A stretch of DNA of 64,000 bases, from positions 642,732 to 706,731 of the forward strand of contig JACKFO010000002.1 in NCBI GenBank assembly GCA_020632415.1, read 5' to 3'. Position numbers and translations under genes: made by a program. Under the pieces are notes generated by a model. That model was not told where the DNA came from. It ran no database searches and saw nothing but the letters and a program-made list of their open reading frames with translations. Below are positions 48,622 through 58,126 of the stretch, piece after piece. The number at the start of each line of letters is the position of its first letter. The first letter of the stretch is position 1. This DNA is from Candidatus Nomurabacteria bacterium (GTDB taxonomy: Bacteria; Patescibacteriota; Patescibacteriia; UBA1558; GWA2-36-10).

Positions 48622-49563
48622 TTAACTCCAATCTGGACCAGCTGCAGCATTTGCTCCTTGTAAAAACTTATAAGCTTGCAAAGCGGCTTTCGATCCTTCG
48701 CCAGCAGAAATCACAGCTTGCTTGTAGCTAATGTCTGTAATGTCTCCGGCCGCAAAAAGTCCTGGGGTCTTTGTTTCACAATCTCGAGAAATTTTTATTT
48801 CCCGACGTTCAGTCAAGTCTACCAAGTCTGCTGTCCAATCAGTTTTGGCAATGTGACCAATCTCAACAAAGACTCCATCAACTTTGATTTCTTTTTCTTG
48901 ATCTTCTTGCTGATAAACCAAAGCTTCTACCTTCTGATCACCTTTTACGATTTTGCTTTCGGCGTTATAAATAATTTCGATATTTTCTGTATTTTGAACT
49001 TTATCGATCAAAACTTGTTCACCACGAAAAACATCACGACGATGCAAAAGATAAACTTTGTTAGCAATCTTTGACATAAACTCAGCAGCATCTAGAGCCG
49101 AATTTCCACCGCCAACTACCACAACATCTTTACCTTTATACAATGGACCATCACAGGTTGCGCAATAGGCAACTCCTTTGCCAATCAGTTCTTTTTCTCC
49201 TGGTACATTAAGGTTTCTTGGCGTTAAACCAAAGGCTAAAATTACCGCTTTTGCTTTGATTTCTCTATTTTTACTAGTTGTCAAAATAAAAGTCTCCCCT
49301 TCTTTATTTAGTTTTTCTACTTCTTCAAAAGCAAATTCTGTGCCAAATTTTGTTGCTTGTGCTTGAAATTTTTGCATCAACTCCAAACCATCAACGTGTT
49401 CAAAACCAGGATAATTTTCAATATCACTAGTCATTGCTGCTTGACCACCAATATCTTTGGATAAAACCAAGGTTTTTAAAGATCTGCGAGTCGTATAAAT
49501 TGCCGCAGTCAAACCAGATGGCCCAGCGCCAACCACCACTACATCATAAATATTTTCTGACAT
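48622..49563 (-). CDS. trxB: thioredoxin-disulfide reductase (second copy)
   Basis: GAGPSG, CATCDGPLY, GGGNSA motifs. Confidence 0.8.
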   Translation of the reverse strand: MSENIYDVVVVGAGPSGLTAAIYTTRRSLKTLVLSKDIGGQAAMTSDIENYPGFEHVDGLELMQKFQAQATKFGTEFAFEEVEKLNKEGETFILTTSKNREIKAKAVILAFGLTPRNLNVPGEKELIGKGVAYCATCDGPLYKGKDVVVVGGGNSALDAAEFMSKIANKVYLLHRRDVFRGEQVLIDKVQNTENIEIIYNAESKIVKGDQKVEALVYQQEDQEKEIKVDGVFVEIGHIAKTDWTADLVDLTERREIKISRDCETKTPGLFAAGDITDISYKQAVISAGEGSKAALQAYKFLQGANAAAGPDWS

Positions 49564-49573
49564 ACTATTTTAG

Positions 49574-49900
49574 TTAAGCTAAGTGTTGTTTGATTTTGTT
49601 AGACAAATCATCTGAGCCTTGTAGTCCGATCATCTCTTCAACAACATTTCCGTCTTTAAAAATTTTTAAAGTTGGAATGCTCATTACGGCAAATGCCTGA
49701 GCAGTTGCTTGATTTTCATCAACGTTTAACTTTGTAATTTTTACTTTTGCTTCGTCTTTGAAGCTTTCAGCAAGCTCTTCAATAATTGGACCTTGCATCT
49801 GACATGGTCCGCACCATGGTGCCCAAAAATCTACCAAAGCTACTCCTTTGAAATCTTTGATTTCTTGTTGAAAATTTTGATCATTTACTTCTTGTGCCAT
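49574..49900 (-). CDS. trxA: thioredoxin
   Basis: WAPWCGPCQM active site. Confidence 0.85.
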   Translation of the reverse strand: MAQEVNDQNFQQEIKDFKGVALVDFWAPWCGPCQMQGPIIEELAESFKDEAKVKITKLNVDENQATAQAFAVMSIPTLKIFKDGNVVEEMIGLQGSDDLSNKIKQHLA

Positions 49901-49937
49901 ATTTTTTCTTTAAATTTTAAATTTATTAAATATATTT

Positions 49938-50198
49938 TTAATTAACATCAAACAAGATGTCTACTAATTTTTCTAGTTCTTTTTTATTGGTAATTTCTTT
50001 ACCATCAAAACAACCATGGACTTTATCGTTGATCAACATTTTGGTTACAGCGCCCAAAGAAGCGCGTGCTGCCAAAACCACTCGAACAATTTCTTCTAAG
50101 CTTCGTTTTTCTTGATACATTTTTTCGATTGAACGAACTTGTCCTTCAACGCGATGCAAACGAGCTAAAATTTTTTGTGGATCACATTTTTGTTCCAT
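49938..50198 (-). CDS. CsoR/RcnR/FrmR-family (DUF156) metal- or thiol-sensing transcriptional repressor
   Basis: 86 aa; LARLHRVEGQVRSIEKM helix and conserved H-x-C in DKVHGCFDG; first gene of the trxA-trxB operon. Confidence 0.55.
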   Translation of the reverse strand: MEQKCDPQKILARLHRVEGQVRSIEKMYQEKRSLEEIVRVVLAARASLGAVTKMLINDKVHGCFDGKEITNKKELEKLVDILFDVN

Positions 50199-50286
50199 AT
50201 TTTTATATACCCTGTGGGGGTATTATACAGCAAAGTAAAATTCTTGTCAAATCCCCTGCTCTCACCACATCCTCAAAACACCTTAC

Positions 50287-50315
50287 TTGACAAAATACTC
50301 TAAATATGCTAATAT
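50287..50315 (+). promoter_or_regulatory. sigma70-like promoter (TTGACA-17-TAATAT)
   Basis: ttgaca aaatactctaaatatgc taatat. Confidence 0.4.
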
Positions 50316-50361
50316 AATAAGAATCTGTACAAAAGCAAACAACAAAGAAGGAGGAGCAAAA

Positions 50362-50703
50362 ATGCTCGCCTACAAAAAAACTCACGTCAAATTGACACTT
50401 TTGAGCATTGTGATTGTCGCTGCCCTGATCTGGCTGGCGATCAAGAATCAGCACGTGGTTTCGTACTTCTCACCTCTCTGGAGTGAAAACCCGAACATCG
50501 CCGATTGGTTTCACAGCTTCTGGTTCTGGGTTTTCGCCATAATCCTCTACGTCTTTAGCTGGGGAATAGTTTCCTTGCCTTTTTCGAAGAATTTCGAAGG
50601 AAACACACTTGGTTTTCTGCTCATTGGAATTCTCTGGGCCATAATCTATTTTCCCCTAGCAATCAAGGCCTGGAACTGGCTAGTTCCTCACTTCGTCTGG
50701 TAA
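50362..50703 (+). CDS. 113-aa membrane protein in GC-elevated island (hypothetical)
   Basis: aaggagga RBS 7 nt upstream of the ATG at 50362 (in frame with the track ORF 50287..50703); 3 TM; Trp/Phe rich. Confidence 0.45.
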   Translation: MLAYKKTHVKLTLLSIVIVAALIWLAIKNQHVVSYFSPLWSENPNIADWFHSFWFWVFAIILYVFSWGIVSLPFSKNFEGNTLGFLLIGILWAIIYFPLAIKAWNWLVPHFVW

Positions 50704-50719
50704 GCTGCTGCTTCGCTCA

Positions 50720-50780
50720 AGCTCGTCACAACGAGCAAAGAGCCCTCGATACACCGTGTATCGAGGGCTCTATTATTTAA
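50720..50780 (+). terminator. GC-rich intrinsic terminator
   Basis: agagccctcgatacaccgtgtatcgagggctct perfect hairpin followed by attattt; second small hairpin gctcgtcacaacgagc upstream. Confidence 0.5.
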
Positions 50781-50832
50781 AAAATTTATCTAATTTTAGC
50801 CAAAAAATAATCTTTAATTCTGCGCGGAAAAG

Positions 50833-51798
50833 CTAGTCTTTTTCATCCTCTATTTCACCAACTAGCTGTTCCAAAAGATCTTCTAAGGTCAAAACGCCAA
50901 TGGTCTGAGAATCTTCTTTTCTTTTCACTACAGCCATGTGGATCTTTTTTTGCCTCATTTTAGCAAAAATCTTATCTATTTTAGTCTCTTCATTAACTTC
51001 AATAATGTTTTGTAAATATTTTTCTAAACTATCTTCTCGATTCTCACTGTTTAAGGCTCCTAAAATATCTATCACATGCACATAGCCAATGATATTATCT
51101 TTGTTGTTACTAAAAACCGGATAGCGGCTCCAACCCTCTTTGGCCATAAAATAAGAAACCTGATCAATTTCCGCTTCTTTGTTTAAAACTGTAATTTTAT
51201 AAAAAGGGGTCATTACTTCTTTAGCGGTTTTATCATCAAAAGCCAAAACATTCATAATCATCTCATGCTCTTCAAAATCAATCACGCCTTTTTCAACTGC
51301 CAAACGACTTAAGGCTTTAAATTCTTTTTCAGAAACAACTTCTGCTGTCTTTCCACGTGTCAAAAAAAATAAAAGTTTTTCCAAAACAAAAATCACTGGA
51401 AATAAGATTATTTCTAAAAAGTAAATAAAAGGAGCAAAAAACAAGGCAATTTTACCAGCATGTAGCTGAAATAAGGCTTTTGGATACATTTCGCCAAAAA
51501 TCAAAATAATTACCGTCAAAACTCCGGTGGCAATCCCAACTCCGGCTGAACCAAATTTTTGTACAGCCCAAACTGTGGCCAAAGAAGCTGCACCAATATT
51601 TACCAGATTGTTGCCCAACAAAATCAAAGACAATAAACGATGTTTATTGCTCAAAATTTTCTCTAAAATTAGAGCGTTTTTTTGATGATGTAAAACGAAA
51701 GATTTTGTTTTAGCAGAGGAGAGTGAAAACAAGGCAATTTCCATTCCGGAAAACCAAGCTGATAATAAAATTAAAAAAAATAAATAAAAAGTAAACAT
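50833..51798 (-). CDS. HlyC/CorC (CNNM) family transporter, DUF21 plus CBS domains
   Basis: N-terminal 4-TM DUF21, paired CBS domains, C-terminal CorC_HlyC-like region. Confidence 0.7.
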   Translation of the reverse strand: MFTFYLFFLILLSAWFSGMEIALFSLSSAKTKSFVLHHQKNALILEKILSNKHRLLSLILLGNNLVNIGAASLATVWAVQKFGSAGVGIATGVLTVIILIFGEMYPKALFQLHAGKIALFFAPFIYFLEIILFPVIFVLEKLLFFLTRGKTAEVVSEKEFKALSRLAVEKGVIDFEEHEMIMNVLAFDDKTAKEVMTPFYKITVLNKEAEIDQVSYFMAKEGWSRYPVFSNNKDNIIGYVHVIDILGALNSENREDSLEKYLQNIIEVNEETKIDKIFAKMRQKKIHMAVVKRKEDSQTIGVLTLEDLLEQLVGEIEDEKD

Positions 51799-52003
51799 TT
51801 TAAAAAAGTAAATAAAAAATACCAGCCTAAAGCTGACTTTTGTTTAAAAATAAATTTTTGCCCATTGTGAATGGGATTTTTTGAATTCGCGACAAGGGAT
51901 CTGGATCAAGCAAACTAATCATGTCTATATGATAGCAAATTTTAAAACATTCGTCACTACTTAAAAGCGAGGATTCCGATAAGCGCCGCAACGCGTCATA
52001 GTC

Positions 52004-52078
52004 TGGTGTCCCCACCATGAGTCGAACATGGATCTAGAACTTAGGAGGTTCTTGTTCTATCCATTGAACTATGGGGAC
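52004..52078 (-). tRNA. tRNA-Arg (anticodon CCT)
   Basis: Reverse complement gtccccatagttcaatggatagaac a agaac ctcctaa gttct agat ccatg ttcgact catgg tggggac a cca folds as a canonical cloverleaf. Confidence 0.75.
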
Positions 52079-52357
52079 ACAGGATCATAACACGTTTTAA
52101 TCTGCTGGATTATGGAGTCTAATAAATTCTCCGCTGCTACTTAAAATTAAAAATGTTTTTTATTTAATATTAGATAGTATTTAGTGTCGTAAAATATTTA
52201 TATTCTCTGAATAAAAATAAAGTAAAAAATCAAAGACTTTTTTATTTTAAAAAACTTTTGTTCAAGTTTAATACAAGTCGGCTAAAAAGTCTAGATAAAT
52301 TAAGAAAAAATACTTTGACTTTTTTAAAATTTTAGCCTAAGATAAACTGGCTTATAA

Positions 52358-52804
52358 TTGAAAATAAACTATATGTTTAATAAAAACCAGGATATCAATG
52401 CTTCTAAAAACATTGAAACCATTATTGGACCATCTGTAAAAGTTCAAGGAGATTTTAAAGGGGAAGGGGATTTGATTGTTGAGGGTATTTTGGTCGGAAA
52501 CTTACAAACAAAAAATAATTTAAAAATTGGCCAAAATGCTATTGTTGAAGCAGAGGTAAAAGCAAATAACGCTTTTATTTCTGGAAAAGTGAAGGGTAAT
52601 TTAACTATCAAAGGTAAGTTAGAAATTACCAGCACTGCCGTGATCTTGGGCGACATCAAAGCACAAATTATTTCCATCGAAAGCGGGGCTTTATTAAAAG
52701 GTAAGTTAGACATGCCCGCTGGAAGTATTAAAATTGACGAGCCAAGAGAAGAAGTGGCAGAAGACCTAGAAGAAGTAGAAGAAAGCGAAGAAGAAGATAA
52801 CTAA
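52358..52804 (+). CDS. bactofilin (DUF583) cytoskeletal protein with acidic C-terminus
   Basis: Repetitive beta-helix pattern KVQGDFKGEGDLIVEGILVGNLQTKNNLKIGQNAIVEAEVKANNAFISGKVKGNLTIKGKLEITSTAVILGDIKA. Confidence 0.7.
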   Translation: MKINYMFNKNQDINASKNIETIIGPSVKVQGDFKGEGDLIVEGILVGNLQTKNNLKIGQNAIVEAEVKANNAFISGKVKGNLTIKGKLEITSTAVILGDIKAQIISIESGALLKGKLDMPAGSIKIDEPREEVAEDLEEVEESEEEDN

Positions 52805-52806
52805 AA

Positions 52807-53565
52807 TTGGAGGGTATGTATTTATACATTTACGATTCTTTTTTGAATCATAAAAAATACGCCGATCTCTTAATCAAAATTGAAAAACGAGTAACTGATC
52901 TTGGAATCAAAGGAAAGATCGCTCGCTTATCCGTTCTGAAAAACATGAAAGAAATGATTTTGGATGGAGTGAGAAACGGCGTCCAAACTGTTGTTGTCAT
53001 TGGCAACAACCAAAGCTTCGCAAAAGTAATCAATGTTGTAGCTGATCTTGATGTCACTCTCGGTTTGATTCCGGTTGAAAATGACAACTCGATCGCCAAA
53101 ATTTTGGGAATTCCTCCTGGAGTTTTGGCTTGTGATATCTTGGCTTCGCGAATTATCAAAAAAATAGACTTAGGAAAAATAAACAATCACTACTTTATCA
53201 AAAATGCTGAAATTTTAAATGGTGATGTTGATATTGAATTTGAAAATTTTTCTATTAGCCCAACCACTTTAGAAAATAAAATTACCATCTATAATTTTTC
53301 AGACGACAAAAGCTCTTACAAAAAATCCAAACCAATCGATGGAATATTAGAAACCGTCGTTACACCAATAAAATCAACCTTATTTGGCAAAAAAGCTATT
53401 TCTGAAACCGTGCTACCTTTTAAAAAAATAAAAATTACCAGCAAGTCAGAGGAGCAGATTTCAATCGTTAGTGATGAACAAATCATTATGAAAACCCCAG
53501 CTGAAATAAAAGTTGTTCCTGAAAAATTAAAAATCATCGTTGGCTCTGATCGACAATTTGAATAA
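52807..53565 (+). CDS. DAGK_cat/NAD-kinase-fold protein with degenerate GGDGT motif (possibly non-catalytic)
   Basis: VVVIGNNQSF...VTLGLIPVENDNSIAKILGIP aligns to the GGDGT...lgiiPlGTgNdfar.lgip pattern of YegS/DAGK-like kinases, but the glycine-rich loop is replaced. Confidence 0.35.
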   Translation: MEGMYLYIYDSFLNHKKYADLLIKIEKRVTDLGIKGKIARLSVLKNMKEMILDGVRNGVQTVVVIGNNQSFAKVINVVADLDVTLGLIPVENDNSIAKILGIPPGVLACDILASRIIKKIDLGKINNHYFIKNAEILNGDVDIEFENFSISPTTLENKITIYNFSDDKSSYKKSKPIDGILETVVTPIKSTLFGKKAISETVLPFKKIKITSKSEEQISIVSDEQIIMKTPAEIKVVPEKLKIIVGSDRQFE

Positions 53566-53576
53566 ACCTAAAAAAT

Positions 53577-53640
53577 TAAAAAATCCCCTGGGTTATTTTA
53601 TACATTTTATTTTGTAAAATAACCCAGGGGATTTTTAGTT
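53577..53640. terminator. long perfect inverted repeat, bidirectional terminator
   Basis: aaaaatcccctgggttatttt...aaaataacccaggggattttt (about 21-bp stem) between convergent genes. Confidence 0.5.
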
Positions 53641-53650
53641 TTATCTTTTT

Positions 53651-54379
53651 TTAATTATGTTTAGTTTCTACAACCTCTACTTCTTTTTTCTTTTTAAATC
53701 CTAAAACCATATACTGTTGTAAGACTGAGAAGAGAGTGGTCAGCAACCAATAAAAAGTAAGGCCGGCCGGAAACTGTGACCCAATCACCACGGTAATGAT
53801 TGGCATGAAATACATCATCTGATTACCAATTGCAGCTGCTGGGTTGTTGCTCTTGGACTTATTCATCATCATCTTGGATTGCCAAAACTGTGCCCCACCA
53901 GCAAGCACTGCTAACAACAAACTCTTGTCAGCAAAATTTACAAAACCAAAGGCAATTGGGTTGAGGGCCCCTGGATTAGAAACAAAAGAATAAAGAGAAC
54001 CCGCATCAAAAGACGCTCCTTCTTTAAGTTCGTTAAAAAAGACGCGATACATGGCAATCAAAAATGGCAGCTGAACTAATAAAGGTAAACAAGAACCAAA
54101 AGGATTTATCTTTTTAGTTTTATAAAGAGCCATGATCTCTGGGCCCATTTTTTCTTTGTCGTCTTTGTACTTTTCTTTAATCGCTTCGATTTCTGGCTGA
54201 ATGGTTTGCAAATCTTTTTGGGACTTAATCGCTTGTTTGGATAAAGGATACAAAATCAAACGAATAATCAAAGTAATCAAAATAATCGCCACACCAATGT
54301 CCCGAAAAGCGACCGTGTCATACAAAAAAACTAACAAGTTAAAAATTGGTTGATAAAAAACAGTAAAAAAGAATCCCAT
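53651..54379 (-). CDS. yidC: membrane protein insertase YidC (short Oxa1-type)
   Basis: 242 aa, 5 TM; conserved core; canonical position next to yidD-rnpA-rpmH. Confidence 0.8.
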   Translation of the reverse strand: MGFFFTVFYQPIFNLLVFLYDTVAFRDIGVAIILITLIIRLILYPLSKQAIKSQKDLQTIQPEIEAIKEKYKDDKEKMGPEIMALYKTKKINPFGSCLPLLVQLPFLIAMYRVFFNELKEGASFDAGSLYSFVSNPGALNPIAFGFVNFADKSLLLAVLAGGAQFWQSKMMMNKSKSNNPAAAIGNQMMYFMPIITVVIGSQFPAGLTFYWLLTTLFSVLQQYMVLGFKKKKEVEVVETKHN

Positions 54380-54427
54380 TATTTTTCGTTTACTAATTAA
54401 GTGTTTCTATTATAACTAAAAATCATT

Positions 54428-54661
54428 TTATAATAAAGGGTCGTCTCCACCTTTTGACCACGGATGACAACGAACAATTCTTAAAAAAGCTTTAATTGTT
54501 CCTTTAAAAATTCCGTATTTTTCAATGGCCTGATAAGAATATTCTGAACAATGTGGTCGAAACTTACAATACCCAACAGGATGCTGATAAGAAAACCAGC
54601 CGGTGTCTGGAGAAAGGGTTTTTTGGTAAAGACGAATTAATTTTAATAAAAGCCAACGCAT
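54428..54661 (-). CDS. yidD: membrane protein insertion efficiency factor YidD
   Basis: LIRLYQK.LSP......C.F.P.CS.Y...A....G signature. Confidence 0.75.
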   Translation of the reverse strand: MRWLLLKLIRLYQKTLSPDTGWFSYQHPVGYCKFRPHCSEYSYQAIEKYGIFKGTIKAFLRIVRCHPWSKGGDDPLL

Positions 54662-55002
54662 TATTTTTTCAAAAGACCTATTTTGGTCAGGGCAAACTCC
54701 ATTTGTTTAGAAATTGTAGCAAAATCAAGTTCTAGAGCGCTTTTTTTAACAATCACCAAAACATCAAAGCCGGTGATTCTTGGTAAAAACTCTCTAATAG
54801 CTTCTCTTAGTTGTCTTTTTAAACGATTTCTAACCACCGCACGCTTATCAACCTTAGTTGAGATCACAAAAGCAAAGCGAGGAGTGTTTTCTTTATTTTT
54901 TTGATACTTAATCACAAATTGGGGCAAAAAAAAGGTCTGACCTTTTTCAATCAAACTCTTTATTTCTTTATCTTTTTGTAATCTGTTGTTTTTAGACAAC
55001 AT
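54661..55002 (-). CDS. rnpA: ribonuclease P protein component
   Basis: 113 aa, basic; LQKDKEIKSL...FAFVISTKVDKRAVVRNRLKRQLRE RNR motif. Confidence 0.75.
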   Translation of the reverse strand: MLSKNNRLQKDKEIKSLIEKGQTFFLPQFVIKYQKNKENTPRFAFVISTKVDKRAVVRNRLKRQLREAIREFLPRITGFDVLVIVKKSALELDFATISKQMEFALTKIGLLKK

Positions 55003-55030
55003 AAAAATTTTGTTTTTTTAAAAACCAAAA

Positions 55031-55171
55031 TTTAAACACTAACCTTGGTTCTGCCTTTATCTCGACGTCTTTTTAAAACAGCCCTTCCGTTTTTAGTAGA
55101 CATTCTTGCCCGGAAACCATGAGTTTTTGCTCTTTTTCTGGTTTTTGGTTGGTAGGTTCTTTTTGTTGCCA
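55031..55171 (-). CDS. rpmH: 50S ribosomal protein L34
   Basis: Minus-strand [44 protein letters not shown]... (not in the ORF track because it is under 60 aa); coordinates hand-counted. Confidence 0.7.
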
Positions 55172-55373
55172 TATATCTAGACTATCTTGCTTAATTTTAA
55201 CCTTCCCAAGATAACATATTTTTTATCTTTTGGCAATAGTCAAAAGCACTTGTCTTTGTCCACAACTAAACACAAATTATCAACAACTTATTCACTTTTG
55301 TCTATATTTTAGTAATTTTGAATCTATGGTATATTTAAACAGATTCGAAAAACCCAAAAAAATACTAAAAAAT
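55172..55373. other. putative oriC region (rpmH | dnaA divergent intergenic) with DnaA-box-like 9-mers
   Basis: ttgtccaca at 55256-55264 and ttatcaaca at 55277-55285 (1 mismatch each to TTATCCACA); AT-rich; canonical rnpA-rpmH/dnaA-dnaN context. Confidence 0.35.
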
Positions 55374-56741
55374 ATGAATAATTTTGAAAAAGAGTGGCAA
55401 AGCGTCTTAGGAGAATTAGAGCTGTTGATTAGTCGCGCCAATTTTACCACTTGGTTTAAAAATACTTTTATTTTTGACTTCAATGAACCAGAAATTGTTG
55501 TTGGCGTGCCCAATGCTTTTACTAAAGTTTGGTTAGAAAAAAAATATCATCAAGATATTGTTAAATCTTTAGAAAAAGTCTTTTCAAAAAGTAATCTACA
55601 AGTTATCTACAGGGTCGCTGCAGAAGAATTACCCGCTAAGGTTAGCGAAAAAGAAGAAAATCCCGCGCCAAAAGAAGAAAAGCCTGTGAATAACTTCCCA
55701 GAGAGAAAAAACAACAATAAATTCGGACTAAATCCTAAATATACCTTCCAAAGCTTTATTGTTGGACCAGGAAATGAGTTGGCTCAAGCTGCTGCAATGG
55801 CTGCCGCTCAAAAACCAGGCGAACTGTATAATCCTTTGTTTATCTATGGTGGGGTTGGTTTAGGAAAAACCCACCTAGTACAAGCTGTCGGTAACTATAT
55901 TTTGGCTAAAGATAGCACAAAAAAAATATTATATATTAATAGTGAAAAGTTTACTAATGACTTTATTTATGCTATTAAAAACGGCCGAACCGAGGAATTT
56001 AAGCAAAATTATCGTAATGTCGACGTTTTATTGATTGACGACATTCAGTTTATTACTGGAAAAGAGCAAACTCAAGAAGAGTTTTTTCACACTTTTAATG
56101 CTTTACACCAAAGTAATAAGCAAATTGTCCTATCTTCTGACCGCCCACCAAAGGCTATTCCAGCGGTTGAGGGTCGTTTAATCTCTCGTTTTGAGTGGGG
56201 CATGATCGCCGACATCTCTTTTCCTGACTTTGAAACCAGAATGGCTATTTTAGAAATAAAATGCCAAGAAAAAAGCTACAACCTAAGCAAAGAGATTATT
56301 AGTTTTATTGCTCAAAGCATTCAAGAAAACATTAGAGAGCTTGAGGGCGCTTTAAACCGAATTATTGCCTTTCACCAACTCAACAACACAAAACCAAGTC
56401 TAGAAAGCGTCCGTTCTATCTTAGGTGGCATTTCTGCTAACCCAAAAAAAGCTGGTCTGACAACCAAAAAACTTCTCTCGGTTGTAATAGATTTTTATGG
56501 TATTTCCATGCCTGAGCTTTTGGGCTCTAGCCGCAAAAAAGAGTTGGTTACGCCACGCCAAATTGCGATGTTTTTGATGCGAGAAGAGCTTAAAGCCTCT
56601 TATCCAAACATTGGACAAGGACTTGGGGGACGAGATCATACTACTGCGATGCATGCTTGTTTAAAAATTTCTGAAATCATCAAGGTTGATGATAAATTAA
56701 GAAATGATGTTGAGGTCTTAAGACAAAAAGTATATGAATAA
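55374..56741 (+). CDS. dnaA: chromosomal replication initiator DnaA
   Basis: GGVGLGKTHL Walker A, LLIDDIQF Walker B, C-terminal DNA-binding helix; start taken at MNNFEKEW (M49 of the track ORF). Confidence 0.85.
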   Translation: MNNFEKEWQSVLGELELLISRANFTTWFKNTFIFDFNEPEIVVGVPNAFTKVWLEKKYHQDIVKSLEKVFSKSNLQVIYRVAAEELPAKVSEKEENPAPKEEKPVNNFPERKNNNKFGLNPKYTFQSFIVGPGNELAQAAAMAAAQKPGELYNPLFIYGGVGLGKTHLVQAVGNYILAKDSTKKILYINSEKFTNDFIYAIKNGRTEEFKQNYRNVDVLLIDDIQFITGKEQTQEEFFHTFNALHQSNKQIVLSSDRPPKAIPAVEGRLISRFEWGMIADISFPDFETRMAILEIKCQEKSYNLSKEIISFIAQSIQENIRELEGALNRIIAFHQLNNTKPSLESVRSILGGISANPKKAGLTTKKLLSVVIDFYGISMPELLGSSRKKELVTPRQIAMFLMREELKASYPNIGQGLGGRDHTTAMHACLKISEIIKVDDKLRNDVEVLRQKVYE

Positions 56742-56992
56742 CAAGATGTATAACTTGTGTAAAAAATATTAACTAAACACCAGCTAGCCTGTGCACAAAA
56801 AAGGGCAAAACAACAAAACCTAAAAACTTGTACACAAAAAATATTTTCTTACCGAGTTTCTTAAGAGTTTGTCCACCAGTAAAATAAACAAAAAATATTT
56901 AAAAAGCCTAGAATAAACTTTCCAAAAAGCAAATTTATCAACATATCCCCAACGCTTACTACTATTACTATTTTATACTTAATATAATTATT

Positions 56993-58087
56993 ATGAAGCT
57001 AAGTTGTACTCAAGAAAATTTAAACAAGGGTTTAAATCTTGTTTCCCATATTGCCAATAAGAATTCAAACTTACCAATTCTTAATAATGTTTTGTTAAAA
57101 GTAAACAAAGGCGGTCTAACTTTAGTCACAACAGATTTAGAAATAGGGATTAAGGTTTTTGTTAGAGGAAAAGTTGATGAAGAAGGGGAATTTACCGTTG
57201 CAGCAAAACTATTTAATGATTTCGTGGCTTTGTTACCAAGAGAAAATATCGAACTAGAAATAGAGGACGCAAGTTTATTTGTCAAAAGTCAGAATCAAAA
57301 AACAAACATCAAGGGCTTAGAGGCAGAGGATTTTCCACTTATTCCAGAAATAGAAAAAGAAAACGAAGTAGAGATAAACATCGTTGAGTTTAAAAGGGCC
57401 TTGAATCAATTAATTTTTGCTGCTTCTCTGGATAGCTCAAGAATAGAGATTAATGCTGTTAACTTTAATTTTTCCAAAGACAAGTTAGTTTTAGCTGCTA
57501 CCGATAGTTATCGTTTGGCTGAAAAACAAATTAAAATTAACAACAACGAAGAAAGATCTTTGATTGTTCCTTTGAAAACAATTCAGGAGTTAGTTAGAAT
57601 TTTAAACGACCAAGAAAAAGAAAATATTAAGCTTTATTTTAACGAAAACCAAATCATGTTTGTTTTTGATGGAGTGGAATTAATTTCTCGAGTGATCGAA
57701 GGAAAGTACCCAGACTATCAACAAATAATTCCAGAAAAATTCATCACAAATGCTAAGTGCGCTAAAGACAAATTAATTCCCGCGATTAAATCAGCAGCGC
57801 TTTTTTGTAAACAAGGAATCAACGATGTTCGTTTGAGTTTTGCTAAGGATGAAATCGTGATTGCCTCAGCCTCGTCTGGTTTAGGTGAAAATGTGATTAA
57901 GGTCCCAGCAGAAATTAGCGGAGAAGAAAACGACATTGTTTTTAACTATCGTTATTTATTAGATGGCCTTTTGAATTTGGGGAGTCAAAATTTAAATTTA
58001 AAAATAAACAATAACAACACTCCAGGACTTTTAACTCCTGAAAGCAGTCAAGATTATTTGTATTTAATCATGCCGATTAAGCAGTAA
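56993..58087 (+). CDS. dnaN: DNA polymerase III beta sliding clamp
   Basis: 364 aa, three-domain clamp pattern; immediately after dnaA. Confidence 0.85.
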   Translation: MKLSCTQENLNKGLNLVSHIANKNSNLPILNNVLLKVNKGGLTLVTTDLEIGIKVFVRGKVDEEGEFTVAAKLFNDFVALLPRENIELEIEDASLFVKSQNQKTNIKGLEAEDFPLIPEIEKENEVEINIVEFKRALNQLIFAASLDSSRIEINAVNFNFSKDKLVLAATDSYRLAEKQIKINNNEERSLIVPLKTIQELVRILNDQEKENIKLYFNENQIMFVFDGVELISRVIEGKYPDYQQIIPEKFITNAKCAKDKLIPAIKSAALFCKQGINDVRLSFAKDEIVIASASSGLGENVIKVPAEISGEENDIVFNYRYLLDGLLNLGSQNLNLKINNNNTPGLLTPESSQDYLYLIMPIKQ

Positions 58088-58126
58088 ACAGATTGTTTTA
58101 ATTAATAAAAATGTTATTATTAATTT

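Noticed and set aside
51827-52018. 63-aa minus-strand ORF
   Set aside because: It overlaps tRNA-Arg(CCT) and its leader; there is no coding signal.
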